64,000 nt of DNA from the human T2T-CHM13v2.0 reference genome, Homo sapiens. The stretch lies in assembly GCF_009914755.1 (NCBI RefSeq), contig NC_060935.1; one strand, written 5' to 3'. The position numbers and the translations under genes are program-made. Positions within the stretch are counted from its first letter, which is position 1, and every line of letters starts with the position of its first letter. The notes beneath the pieces are model-generated. The model was not told the origin of the DNA. It did no database searches and saw only the letters and a program-made list of their open reading frames with translations. Shown in pieces: positions 32,354 through 51,000 of the stretch.

Positions 32354-32750
32354 TGTTGCAGGTTGCATTCACTGGAAAGTAGATGCTGCGATGGAGTTTA
32401 CCAAACAGGATGTTTATTAAGGAGTATCCTTAGAATCAACACCCATGGAAGAGAGGCAAAGGAAGAAAACAGGAATATATAGAGGGGAAAGTCAAGCTGC
32501 AATGCAGACCCAACCTCAGTGAGACTCGGGAGCACAATGGCCCTTTAAAGTTGTCCCAAGTTGGGTCTAGATGGCCAAGACTTTACACTCCTGCATCAGT
32601 GAGTCACTGGATGTGGGCCAGCCCAGGAAGGAGTAAAACACTGGGAAAGGCAGCTCTCTGCAATCTCTAAAGGGGCTGGCAGCTGAAGGCTGTGACTGAC
32701 AGCACTCCAAGCAGCTGGTGCAGCAAGTTCATCATTGGGTCTACCACCAG
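32354..32750 (-). mobile_element. LTR16-family ERVL LTR
   Basis: tgttgcaggttgcattcactggaaagtagatg..tttattaaggag..tcaacacc is the reversed LTR16 3' end. Confidence 0.7.
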
Positions 32751-33900
32751 ATCTCACAGATATGAGAGGCAAAGTTAGCCAGGATCTATAACCAGGGGTG
32801 TCTGGATGTCGAAAGAAGAATAATAGGACGGATCCAAGATCAGGCAGGCCCCAGAGTCCAGGGAGGCACGCAAGAGGAGGAGCTGGCAGAAAGCCAAAGA
32901 GGCAAATAAGAGAGGCTTCCCAGTGCCTCAGGATTAGAGAGCTTTGCAACTGTAGCAAATGTGTAGCCTAGCCAGAAATTTTCCACCCAAAAAGCCAAGA
33001 GCAAGTGACCATTAAGCAATGGATGGAGGAAGGAAGAAGCAGTAACTAAGCTTTGAAAGACATGAGCTTGGAGTTCTGTAACTTGGAGAAGAATCTATGC
33101 TTAGCCTGCTTAGTAGTAATACTAACCATTGCTTGACAGGGGAAAATGCTTTAGTTAATGCAGAAGCCTCTTTAAGTGTGAATGTTTAGGTAAACCTGAG
33201 ATACCTCCCACACATAGAGGGGTGCAGTAGCAAACTCTCCAGTCCATTGTGCCTTCTTGTTCTTTGCCAGTGAAATCCATCATTGCTAAAATCCGAGGGG
33301 AGCCTCATCTCATGTACACTGCTTATTCCTGGATTCATACAGGCATGTGGTGTGACTAGCCATTTGACCATTTCCATCTTTCCTTTATACTGTTCTGTAT
33401 GAAACTTCCATTTCTAGTGTAAATCTGGAATGTCCATAACTGGTTTTGTGGATTTTTTCCCCATTCCCATAATTAGTGAAAAAGATGAAAATTTTTCTAG
33501 TTTTTCCCCTACTTCTTACCTCTAATATTATTAAATCTTGCCAATTCTCTTTGTTAAATAACTCTCAAGCTTATCACCTCATCTCAATTCCCATGACACA
33601 CAGTACTCCTGCCTAAGTTCAGGTTATTATTACTTATTGGGTAAATTTTTAAAATAGATGGCTATTTCTTTCCCCTTTATACTTCGATTGCATGATTATC
33701 ATGGAAGTCTTGCTTCACGGTCTGTGGAGATACTTGTCTACTCATCTATTTACTCGTATTCCCACAAGAAGAAAAGTTTAAAAATAGAGAAATTAATCAA
33801 ACCTATCAATCAAAAAGAGTTGGCATAGGCAATGGTCTTGTTCAAAATAAAGCAGTACTTGTCTTTTTTTTAAAGCAAACAAATATAGACTGTGTGTAGC

Positions 33901-34370
33901 TGTCAACGTGAAACAGAGCCAGGCAGTAGTTAAAGCTATCAAAACAGATTTTATTCAGGAACTATTGCAATAGGGTAATAGAGATATTAGTCTAGAACTG
34001 GGCCCAATTCCAAATACGACAAAGAGAGCTGGAGATTTACAGCCAACGAGCAAAATGAAGGGGTCAATGGATGAAAAATTACTGAGGAGACATACAGAGG
34101 AGGGGGATTCCTGCCAAATCAACAAGATTCTTGCTGAAGACAGGCCAGGGTGATGAGATATTAAGGATCAGGGGATGAGGAATTTGATCAGGTATTGATG
34201 GGGGATCAGATTTCAAGGGTGGGAGACTGTCTGTACATTACCTTAGCAGAATTGTTTGCTCAAACTGGGTTAGGCAGGCCCAGAAGGATGGGGGCCAAGA
34301 TCGAGGCCTTGTCATGAAGAGGGCTCAGAGGAGCCTGACTAAATTTTGATCAAAGAGGAAGTCTTTGTCA
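33901..34370 (-). mobile_element. MER31 ERV1 solo LTR
   Basis: gagggctcagaggagcctgactaaattttgatcaaagaggaagtctttgtca is the reversed MER31 5' end. Confidence 0.85.
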
Positions 34371-34699
34371 GCAAATGAATTGTCAATAATGAAGATCATA
34401 TTGATATTTGATAAATTACCCATAAATGAAGAAATCTGAATCTCAGGAGAATGAAGATCAATACTTTAATTGGCCCATTTCAGACGTAGATTGTTTTAGG
34501 CTAACTTTTGAAGTGACTAAAGCATATTAGTCACACCTAATGCCACTTTTTATTTGTAAAAAATCCTTTTTGCAAAAATTCCAAACTTGTTTTCTTGACC
34601 TATAAAATGCATGAAAATCTTTGCCTTAAGTATCTTCTCACACTCCTTTCCTTCATCTCCTCCACACGTTTTGTGAATTGCAGGCAAGCTAGACTGGAT

Positions 34700-35108
34700 G
34701 TGATCTTTTTCCTATATGTGATATTTCTTAAGTCTAAAACTTTACTCAAGATGTTCTCTCTTTCTACCATGGCCTTCTCAACTTTGTAAACTCTTGTATT
34801 ATCTTTCAAGACACACATCAGTGTCACCTCTTCCCAAAAGATTTCTCTTGCCTTTCTAGTAGGGTTTAAGTGTGCCTTCCTCTGTCCTCCACTAGGGTCC
34901 TGCCTGTACAGCAGTTATAGCATTTGTAATATTGCACTGCAGTTACTACTTTACATGTTTACTGTCCCCAAGTGACAGTAATCCTGTTTCAGTGAGGCAG
35001 TGATACTGTTTCAGTCATCATTGTGTACCCAACACCCACTTCAGTGCCTGGCACCAAGTAGCTGCTGAATAGATATTGGTTGATTGAACGAATGGATACC
35101 TGAATAAA
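34700..35108 (+). mobile_element. L2 3' end
   Basis: cagtgcctggcaccaagtagctgctgaatagatattggttgattgaacgaatg. Confidence 0.75.
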
Positions 35109-35920
35109 AGAACAAGGATTCTGTAGCTGGTTGACTTACCTAACATTTGGCAGTCAGTAGAAAGAATTGTTAAAAAAAATCAAAATCTCAAGTTTCTCCG
35201 TGTAGCAAGGAAGAGATATTTGCCATTGTTATTCATGGGCAGCTCTAGAAAATGGCAGAATCACAGACAAAAATTGGCAAGCTGCCAGACATTAATCTCA
35301 GTGAATTTCTGAAGGACATTCATATGCCCTAAACAAATTCCTTCAAGCTGTTTCTATGTACTGTGTAGGTCTCATAACTCAGAATTGTATCTCCTCAAGC
35401 ACCTAAACCATTATGTTGTAGGGACAATGAGAAAAAAGGATATGCAATAGAACTGGGGTAAGCCTTTTCACAGCGGCTAGAACACAAAGCAAGGATTTCC
35501 CAAATAATCTGTCCTCAAACAGCTCCTTTTATTCTCCCAGGGACCCAGGCAGCTGACTAACAAGATAGTATCTGCCATCCCAAATTAAGGTCTAAAAGCA
35601 GAGCCCAGGGAAAGAGGGAAGAGAGCATTCTTAGGTAAGCAGCAGGTGTGAACAGCACAAAAACCAGGATCAGTGTAAAATTTGGCTACAAATCAACAAA
35701 TAAGCACCACATACAAAATTATAGATGTAAAGATACATACGAACATATTTTCCAGAAAGTAGATAAAAATTTTGGAAAACAACTATTTTGTATGCTAAAG
35801 AAAATTAAAGACATTACATACTCTGTAATAATCGAGACTCAAAAAAAGAGATCCTAAAACTCTAGATAACAGTAATATAACACATTCTCTCAGATATATA
35901 AGGATACTTATAATATTATT

Positions 35921-36192
35921 ATTTGTTATACTTTAAGTTCTGGGATACATGTGCAGAACGTGCAGTTTTGTTACTTGGTATACGTGTGCCACGGTGGTTT
36001 GCTGCACCCATCCACCCATCATCTAGGTTTTAAGCCCCACATGCATTAGGTATTTGTCCTAATGCTCTCCCTCCCCTTCCCCCCACCTCCTGACAGGCCC
36101 CGGTGTGTGATGTTTCCCTCCCTGTGCCCATGTGTTCTCATTGTTCAACTCCACTTATGAGTGAGAACATGTGGTGTTTGGTTTTCTGTTCC
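35921..36192 (-). mobile_element. short L1PA8-like 3' end
   Basis: catctaggttttaagccccacatgcattagg; 12-bp TSD tataatattatt 35909-35920/36193-36204. Confidence 0.92.
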
Positions 36193-36229
36193 TATAATAT
36201 TATTTTTTAAAAAATCCTTCTGATGTTGG

Positions 36230-37104
36230 CATTAAAAATTATTGGTGTTCTTTTCTTATTTTGGTTTATGCCATTTTTGTTAGAAACTTTCTTCAAGTAT
36301 CTGGTGATCCTTGGCTACCATTTATGTTTGGCGTGAGATAGTATAATGCCGGTTGGAAGCTTTGTGTTCATAGGAGTATTGTAAACAGCTGATCTTTTCT
36401 ATTGGGTAAATAGTAAGTGCAAATCTATTTTATTTGAGGACCACAAAGTGTCAATATCCACATGTTTTATCTTGGTCAGATGTTTGCCCCATAAGTTAAT
36501 CCCCCAATTTCCTGCGTATGTATATAGTTCGGGGCAATTCTGACTGTCACCAATTTAGAAGCTGAGAGGGCAAAGGAGGGTTAAAACGTGCTTATTTAAT
36601 TTCTTCCTCTAGTTTACACTGCCTTATTCTAGCTCTTATATGTGCTTGTTGTCTCCATACTAAATCCCTCCAGTTTATCTTCTCTACATAATTAACTTTC
36701 AATCTTCTGCTGGGGTGGAGGGTCAGACAATAATCTGTAGAAGGTCAAGGAGAGGATGTGGACACTTAATTACTTCTTTTATGGAATTTTTTCTGTCGTT
36801 ATTTTTCAAGGCCCTATGGAACACCACCAAGGTACTCCAATTCTAGAACCTTTCTGAAGTTTAGGGGTGTGAGTCAGTCTACTTATGGGACTCTACCTTT
36901 TCTGTTTTTGGTTGCAGCACTCTTTTTCCAATTGGCAAAATTGTTTGCATTTGTCTATTTGTTTTCCAACTCCCCAGTTTCATTACTATCACCTCCAATC
37001 CTTTATTCTTTCTCCTTGAGATTTTTATTCCTCTTCCATAATTGGGGGTAAGGCATAGAAGAGAGGGCACTGGGTGCATTTAGGCAATCTGCCATTAGGA
37101 AGTC
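36230..37104 (-). mobile_element. HAL1 5' portion
   Basis: tatctggtgatccttggct..ggttggaagctttgtgt; ends caatctgccattaggaagtc. Confidence 0.65.
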
Positions 37105-37440
37105 CTAATCCATGTTTGCTCCCAACTTTTTATTTTGAAAAACTTCACACATACACAAAAGTTGAAATAGAACAGAAAACACTCGTACACCCTTCACCCA
37201 GATTTAACAATTGTTCCAATTGTTAGATTTTACCATAATTGCTTTCACTCGGTTTCTGTCTGTTTGTCTCCCTATCTGGCTAAATTTTGGATGATTTGAG
37301 CATCAAAAAAGTAAATAAATAAAATCATAATCTATTTTTGCTGACTCATTTGAAATTAAGTTGCAGTTACCGTAAACTATTCTTCAAAATATATACACAA
37401 CCTTAAGTCCCTGAGGGATTAAAAAAACACAAATCCTCCT

Positions 37441-37885
<445 letters not shown>

Positions 37886-38331
37886 CTAGTTAAAGATAGC
37901 ATAGTGCATTTGGATGCTGTATCTCTTTAGTCATTTTCAATCTAAAACAGCTCTGCTAATTTGTTGGAGTTTGTAGAAAGTCCACATTCTGGAGTAGGTT
38001 GATTGTTTTCTCATGGTGCCATTAAACTTGTTCTTTTATCCCTAAGTTTCCTGCAAACTGAAAGACAGATCTGAGGCTTGATTTGATTCATGTTAAACCA
38101 TACACTTCACAGGTGAAATTGTATTCTTCTTACTGCATTTTATCACCAGGCACATAAGGTCAGGTCGTCTCAGTCTTAGTGCTAAGTTTAATGATGTGAT
38201 TAAATCAATGAACATGAGATCTGGTAGAAGCCAACGGTTTTCCTTTGAGTTAGTAATTGATCTGTGGGGTGATACTTTTAGACGATGTGAATCTCATGCT
38301 CCCCAGTCACCATCTGCCTAGTAGTCATTTT

Positions 38332-39034
38332 TTAAAAAATAATCTCAGCTTTTATTTTAGTTTCAGGAGGTACATGTGTACTCATTTGTTACATGGGTAT
38401 ATTGCGTGATGCTGAGGTTTGGGGTACAGATCCCATCAGTCAGGTAGTGAGCATAGTACTTGATAGGTAGTTTTTCAACCCACAACTCTTCCTTCCGTCC
38501 TGTCTCTAGTAGTTCCCAGAGTCTGTTGTTCCCATCTTTATGTCCATTTGTACTCAGTGTTTAGCTCCCACTTATAAGTGAGAACATGTAGTATTTGGTT
38601 TTCTGTTCCTGCATTAATTCACTTAGGATATGACCTCCAGCTTCATTCATGTTGCTGCAAAGGACATGATTTCATTCTTCTTTATGGCTGCATAGCATTC
38701 CATGGTGTACATGTACCAAATTTTCTTTATCCAGTCCACCACTGATGGGCACCTAGGTTGATTCCATGTCTTTGCTATTGTGAATAGTGCTGTGATGAAC
38801 ATATGCATGCATGTATCTTTTTGTTACAACAATTTATATTCCTTTGGGTATATACCCAGTAATGGGATTGCTGGGTCGAATGGTAGCTGTTTCAAGTTTT
38901 TGAGAAATCTCCAAACTGCTTTTCACAGTGGCTGAATGAATTTACATTCCCACCAACAGTGGATAAGTGTTCTCTTTTCTCCACAGCCTCACCAGTATCT
39001 GTTATTTTTTGACTTTTTAATAATAGCCACTCTG
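38332..39034 (-). mobile_element. L1PA16-like 3' end
   Basis: gttacatgggtatattgcgtgatgctgaggtttgggg; TSD tagtcatttt 38322-38331/39039-39048. Confidence 0.85.
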
Positions 39035-40337
39035 CATCTAGTCATTTTAGAATCAATCCATAATCCTTGACTGAATCAATTTTGAAACTGTGGTTGCAAA
39101 TGGTAGTTTGCTAATTCTATCCATCCTTTTACATTTACTCACTAGCATTTCTTCCCTAGAGAAGAGCTTTCCCTTTTTACTTTAGCTGTGTGTATAGATG
39201 TATCATTACAGACTCAGAATTTATTTAAATATTTTTATTTATTAAAAATCAACTGTTATTAACATTTTCATGATTTTTTATGTTCAAATTCTCTAAAATG
39301 TGGATAGTGAAAAGTGGAAGTCCCTTCAAATTTGCTCCTGTGTCCTTTTGGCACCACTCCATTACTCATTGAGCACCTTCTTGTTTTCTTATATTATACA
39401 ATATCCTAAATTAACCTTGTATTTTTCCTGTACTAGACTTGGAATCATCCATTTCTCCAAGAAGCCTTTATTCCTCAAAGTGGGAAATGGTATTTAGCAA
39501 CCAAAATGTATGCTTTAGGCATTTGTTTATTGTTGTTTAGAGTAGTATTGCTTCTCAGCATTTTTAAAGGACAGAACAAGGAACAAATATAGAAAATTAT
39601 GACTTCATACTAATATTCCCAATGAAGATTGACCATATTAGACATTTTATTGTGTTCACTTATATCATATTTTGTCTTTTTCTTACAGTGAAAATCTTGG
39701 TACCTACCTATTTACTTTATTCTACAATATACATAAAACTATTTCAGAATTATAATACCAATATTACTAACAATAAACTATAATAAATACTTCAAGATTT
39801 CTTTGCAGTTCATTTTGTCCTCAGAATAGATGCTACTAAAGATGTAAGGACAGTGTTAATTTAAAATAATTTTACTTTCTTGTGTTATGTCATCAATTTA
39901 TATATGGTTAGACACGTGTTTATATTCTGTTTTAGGTGTTTTGTTTTTAAATCCTTGTTATTTTGTTTAATTTTTTGAATATATAAAGCATATACATTAC
40001 TCAAAAATCAAAACTATATGAAAATGTGTACTCAGATAAAGGTAAACTATAAGAAAAGGTATAGTCAGATAGAGGCATATTCATGTTTTTGCTCCTAATT
40101 TTATCCGCTCCCCCTACTCCCACACACTTCAGGTAGCCATATAAGGCAACCACCCAATTTAGGTAATCGTTATCATTAGTCTCTGATTCATCCTTCTTGA
40201 GTTTCTTTTTGCAAAAATGATCATATGTTTTATTTTTGTTTTCCCTTCTTTTTTTACACAAAAGAAAGCATTCTATCTATATACTCTTTTGTACCCTTTT
40301 TTCTACTTATCTGTGGAAATTAAAAATGGAAATTACT

Positions 40338-40661
<324 letters not shown>

Positions 40662-41023
40662 TCAATTCATAGAATTCTTCTTAATTATTTTTACAGCTGC
40701 CATAGTACTTCATTAGGTGGATGCAGTTTATTTAAATATGCTCCTACTAATAGGAATTTGTGTTGCCCCGCATTTCAATAGATTTTACTATTATAAATCA
40801 TGCTGCGATAAAAAACCTTGTGCATATGTTGTTTCATATTTGTGGAAATGTATCTTCAAGGTAAATTCTAGAACTAGGATTTGCTCAGTCAAAGGATAAA
40901 TGCCTAAGTATTTCTTTAGTCCTCTCCACAGGGAGCTAATCAACTTTTAAGAACATCTAAACTTACTACCTGACTACTTACATCCAATCTTGACGCCTGT
41001 TTGAAAAGAACTGTTTTTAAAAA

Positions 41024-41604
41024 TTCAACTATTGTGGAAGACAGTGTGGTGATTCCTCAAGGATCCAGAACTAGAAATACCATTTGACCCAGCAATCCCA
41101 TTACTCCATATATACCCAAAGGATTATAAATCATTCTACTATAAAGACACATGCACACATATGTTTATTGCAGCATTATTCACCATAGCAAAGTCTTGGA
41201 ACCAACCCAAATGTCCATCAATGATAGACTGGATAAAGAAAATGTGTCACATATACACCGTGGAATACTATGCAGTTCCATAGTTCATGTCCTTTGCAGG
41301 GACATGGATGAAGCTGGAAACCATCATTCTCAGCAAACTAACACAAGAACAGAAAATCAAACACCGCATGTTCTCATTCATAAGTGGGAGTTGAACAATG
41401 AGAACACATGGACACAGGGAGGGAGCATCACACACCGGGGCCTGCCGGCGGGTGAGTGGCTAGGGGAGGGATAGCATTAGGAAAAATACCTAATGTAGGT
41501 GACGGGTTGATGGATGCAGCAAACCACCATGGCACGTGTATACCTATGTAACAAAACTGCACATTCTGCACATGTACCCCAGAACTTAAAGTATAATAAT
41601 AAAA
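41024..41604 (+). mobile_element. L1PA7-like 3' end
   Basis: aatgtaggtgacgggttgatggatgcagc; inserted at canonical ttttt|aaaaa EN site, short TSD aaaaatt. Confidence 0.9.
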
Positions 41605-44004
41605 AAAAATTTTTTGCACGACCATCTGGAGAACTAGAGTTTCATTTTATTTTCTTTTACTGTTTAGTCCTTTTACTTTTAACACTTACCTGCATTTAAT
41701 CTTCCTTGTAATTTCCTGATAATCTTAATACCTTTTATGGCTTTTTTTCTCAGACCTTATAGTTACTGTAGTTTGTTTTCTACTTCACAATTGTCCCTTG
41801 TTAGCCCACCCATGCATGTTAAGATGTTGCCCACTTATCTCTTCAATGTATACTCTCTGTAAAACCAGCTCAATCAATCATCATAGTATTTGCCAGAGGC
41901 AGGGAATTTTCTGTTATTGTGGTTTGGAAGTGTTTTCTTTTTTCCTTCAAAGGGAACAGCAACTTAGCAAGATAATTGATCTGTGGTAAGAAAACATACC
42001 CCATAAGTGCTCTATAAGGATTTTCCCAGACTCTTCAGCCCTCTAATCTTTAGGTTGTGAAAGTGAAGATTTTCTTTTTTCACCACCTTTGGATGTTAGG
42101 TCTCCTCTCCTTCTATCTGCATGTAGTTCGATTTCTTTAAATTTGTAATCTGAGAAGTTAAGTAACATATCTGTGACTCTCTGTCTCCCTTCCATGCTAA
42201 TGATGGAAGACATGTTCGATCTCTCTCAAACTCGAGGATACATGTTTTTTATCAATTCAGGAAAATTGCTTTAGGTTAATTTCTTAGTTTTGTAATTGTT
42301 TAATTTTTTCACATCTCTTTTGGCACCACAATTATGCACAGGTTGGATTTGCATCTGTGACACTCCTTAGGTTTTATGTTCAGCTGGTTGTGTACAGTTG
42401 CCATCTATTCTAGTTGTAGCACCCATCTTGATTGGTTAGTACCCATTTCATCAGTTGAACGCATTTCTAAATATCTTCCTGGTATGATAACCTTTCACCA
42501 GTCTGTGAGCCAGTGCCAGTCTCAGATGAAGTTTGCACTTATCTTTGGCTAATTGAAAAAATTGGGATAATAAAATTAGTTTGTAATAAAGATAAGTGTC
42601 TTCGACTTACAAAACTCATCTTTATTCTGAGTCTCTATATCATCCCTAAATTTTTTATTACAAAGTATTCTTTGTCTTATGAAAAAATGATAATGGTAGT
42701 GTTTTTTTTTCTTTAACATTCTTACTTGGCTCAAAGAAAGATAACACTAAGTTAGTCTTCAAATTTTAAAAAAAGAGAAAAATTTGTAAAATATAAGAAT
42801 CTGGAAACAGGAATCTTTGTCATTTCTTTCTAAGTTAATGTCTAGGCTGGCCTGTTAGTTTATGAATCCATCTGCATCATTTCTCTAGGAAAGATATTTG
42901 AAATTTAACTTTTGAGTTCTTAATTATTTTTGTCCTATTTGCTGTTTCTAGAATGTTTATGATATTTTGTTTTTAGCCAAACTGTTCAGTTCTTGTATAC
43001 TTTCATAGTTGATGTTGTCTAAACCATGTTTCTCTGGTCACAAAGGCCAAGTAACATATTAAAAGTAATAAACAAAATCTACTAATAAACTAGATTTTTC
43101 TGGCTGTGGTCCTTACTTACCATAAGGTATTTCCCATTCTGCAAATTCTCTTTCAGTTGTTTCTGGAAGTCTCCAATGATCATCCCACATATGTGTTATG
43201 TCTCTTAGGTCCTCTAATTACACCTCTGTAGCCCACATTGCTAATGAATGTGCTTTGTTGTCATCAATGACACCAGTGCTCACTCTTGTGGATAGGATAT
43301 CTGGACAGTGATGCTGTGTTCTCTTACTCCAATAGAAGAGGTCAGTAAATACTGGAAATATCGGAGCAATATTTTATTACCTGTAGATAATTTCTGTGTA
43401 GTTAGAAAATCTCAAAGAATTGGCAAGAGCTAACAGCATTAATTTTTTACTAAAGAAGATATATCACTTCCAAGACAAAAACAAATCATTAATATTTGAA
43501 TGTATTAATAGTAAATACAGAGAGGAGGCAGAGCAAGATTGTGAAATAGAAAGCTCCAGTAGTCATGGCTCCCATCCTCTGCAATGACACCCAGTTAACA
43601 ACTATCTACACCGAAGCAAAAATCAGGCGAGCATTCGTAGTACCTGCTTTTAACTTCTTATTGCGGAAAGGGGCACTGAAGTGATAGAAAAACAAAGCAG
43701 CCCTGAATCCCCACCCAACCCCGACACTGACTGCATGGCAGCTTGGTGCAGGGAGCATCTCTGGGTGCTGAGGGAGGGAGAATACAATTGTGAGGCACTG
43801 AACTCAATGCTATCCTGTTAGAGAAGAAAGCAAAACCAGACCAAACTCAACTGATACCCACCCACAGAGGGAGCATTTAAAACAGCCCTAGCCAGAGGGG
43901 AATTGCCAATCCCAGGGGTCAGAACTCGCATGCCTGCAATCCTAAACCTCAGCACCAAAGATTACAGCATTCTGTCTCCAAGTAAACTTGAAAGGCATTC
44001 TAGG

Positions 44005-48013
<4,009 letters not shown>

Positions 48014-51000
48014 GAAAGGCATTCTAGGCCATAAGGTCTGTAACCCTTAAGTGAGTCCTGGTGCTGAACTAGGCTCAGAGACAGTGGACTAGAGGGGTAC
48101 ACAACACCAGCTGGGGTGGCTGAGGGAGTACTGGCATCACCCCTTCCGTAATCCCAGAAGGCACAGCTCACAGGTCCAAAAGAGACCTTTTTCTTCTACT
48201 TGAAGAGAAGAGAGGGAAGAGTGGGGAGGACTTTGTCTTACATCTAAGATACCAACTCAGCCACAGCAGGATAGGGCAGTGTTCAGAATCGTGAGGCCCC
48301 TTTCCAGGCCCTAGCTCCTAGATGACATTTCTAGACACACCCTGGACCAGTAGACAAGCCACTTCCTTGAAGGAAATGACCCAGTCCTGGCAGCATTCAG
48401 TGACTAACTGAAGAGCCCTTGGGCCCTGAATAACCAGCAGTGATGCCCAGGTATTACAAGAGGGCCTTGGATAAGCCTCTGAGACTTGCTGGCTTCAGGT
48501 GAGACTCAGCACATTACCAGATATAAGGGATATGGGGCAAAACCCTTCTGCATGAGAAAAGCAGAGGGAAAAATAAAGGGTGATTTTGTCTTGCATCTTA
48601 GGTACCAGCTTGGCCATGGTTGAGTAGAGCACAAGCAGGCTCTTGGGGTCCGTGATTCTAGGACTTGACTCTTGGATGGCATTTCTGGACCTTCCCTGGG
48701 TCAGAGGGTAGCCCAATGCCTTGAAGGGTGAATCCCAGGCCAGGCACCATTTACGACTAGCTGACTTAAGAGGCTTTGGGCCTTATGGGAACACTGCCGG
48801 TAGTCTGGCAGTACTCCTTGTGGCCTGGGATGGCAATGGATATGGGGTCAGACTCCCCTGCCTTTGGAAAGAAGAGGGAATACTGGGAAGGACTACATAT
48901 TGTGGTTTGAGTGCCAGCTCAGCCACAATGCAATAAAACACCAGGTAGACTTTAAAGGTTTTTGATTCTAGTTCCTGACTCCTGGACAGCACTCCTGGAT
49001 ACCTCTGGGGCTTGGGGGAGCTTGCCATCCTGAAGGGAAGGACGCAAGCCTGGCTGGCTTAGCCACCTGCTGATTATAGAGCCCCAGGGCCTTGAGTGAA
49101 CATAGGCAGTGGCCAGGGAGTTGTTACAGCAGGCCTTGGGCAAGACCCAATGCTACATGGGCTTCAGGTCTGACCCAGCACTGTCATAGCGGTGGTGGCT
49201 ACAGGGGTGCTTGTGTCTCTTCACCCCCAGCTTTAGGTGGCTCAGAAAAGAGAGAGAGAGAGAGAAAGATTCTATATGTTTGGAAGAAAGTAAGGAAAGG
49301 GAACAAGAGTCTCTGTCTGGTAATCCAGAGAATCCTCCTGGATCTTGTCCATGACCATCAAGGCAGTACCTCTACAAGTCTGCAAGAACCACAGTGTTAC
49401 TGGGCTTGGGGTGCCCGATTACAACACCCAGGTCCTTTCAAATATCTGGAAAGCCTTCCCAAGAAAGACAACTACAAATAAGTCCAGACAGTAAAGACTA
49501 CAATAAATACCTAACTGTTTGATGCCTAAACACTAAAGCACATCTACTAGCATCAACACCATCCAGAAAAACATGACCTTACCAAATGAACTAAGTAAGG
49601 CACCAGGGACTAATCTTGGAGAAACAGAGATATGTGATCTTTCAAAAACAGAATTCAAAATAGTGGTGTTGAGGAAACTAAAATAATAATAATAATAAAA
49701 CTCAAGATAACACAGATAACACAGAGGAGGAACTCAGAATTCTATTAGATAAATTTAACAAATAGATTGAAATAATTAAAAAGAATCAAGCAGAAATTCT
49801 AGAACTGAAAAATGCAATTGGCATACTGAAGAATGCATTAGAGTCTCTTAATAGCAGAATGGATTATGCAGAAGAAAGTAAGCTTGAAGACAGTTTATTT
49901 GAAAATACATGGTCAGAGGAGACACAAGGAAAAATTCAAACAACAAAACACACCTACAGGATCTAGAAAATAACCTCTAAAGGGCAAATCTAAGAGTAAT
50001 TGGCCCTAAAGAGGAGGCAGAGAAAGAGAGGTAGAAAGTTTATTCAAAGGGATAATAGAGAATTTACCAAATCTGGAGAAAGATGTCAATATTCAATTAT
50101 AAGAAGATCATGGAACAGCAAGCAGATTTCTCCCAAAGAAGACTACCTCAAGGCATTTAATCATTAAACTCCAAAAGGTCAAAGATAAAGAAAGGATCCT
50201 AAAAGCAACAAGAGAAAAGAAACAGGTAACATACAATGGAGCTCCTATATGTCTGGCAGCAGACTTTTCAGTGGAAACCACACAGACCAGGAGAGAGTGG
50301 CATGACATATTTAAAGTCATGCCTAGAATAGTATATCCAGTGAAAATATCCTGCAAACATGAAGGAAAATAAAGACTTTCCCAGACAAACAAAAGATGAG
50401 GGATTCCATCAGTACCAGACCTGTCCTACAAGAAATACTACAGGGGGTATTTCAGTCAGAAAGAAAAGGACATTAATGAGCAATAAAAGAATGACCTGAA
50501 GGTACAAAACTCACTGGTAATAGTAAGTACGCAGAAAAACAAAGAATATTATAACACTGTAACTGCAGTGTATAAACTACTCTTATCCTAAGTAGAAAGA
50601 CTTAACTATGAAGCAATCAAAAATGATAACTACAACAACATTTCAAGACATAGTTAGTACAATAGGATATAAATAGAAACAATAAAAAGTTAAAATGCCA
50701 GGGGATGGAGTTAAGGCATAGAGTTTGTATTAGTTTTCTTTTTGTTTGTTTGTTTATGCAAATAGTGTTTTTATCAGGTTGAAATAAGTCATTATAAGAT
50801 AGTATTTGCAAGCCTCATGGGAACCTCAAGCCAAAAAACACAATGGATACACAAAAAATAAAAAGCAAGACGCTAATTCATATTACCGGAGACTGTCACC
50901 TTTACCAGAGGAGGATAGGAAGGAAAGAAAGAAGGAAGACAAGACCATAAAACAACCAGAAAACAAACCATTACATGAAAGACACAGAAAGGCAGACATT

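Noticed and set aside
33271-33342. Possible coding exon KSIIAKIRGEPHLMYTAYSWIHT
   Set aside because: No canonical GT donor, no recognisable protein, no partner exons
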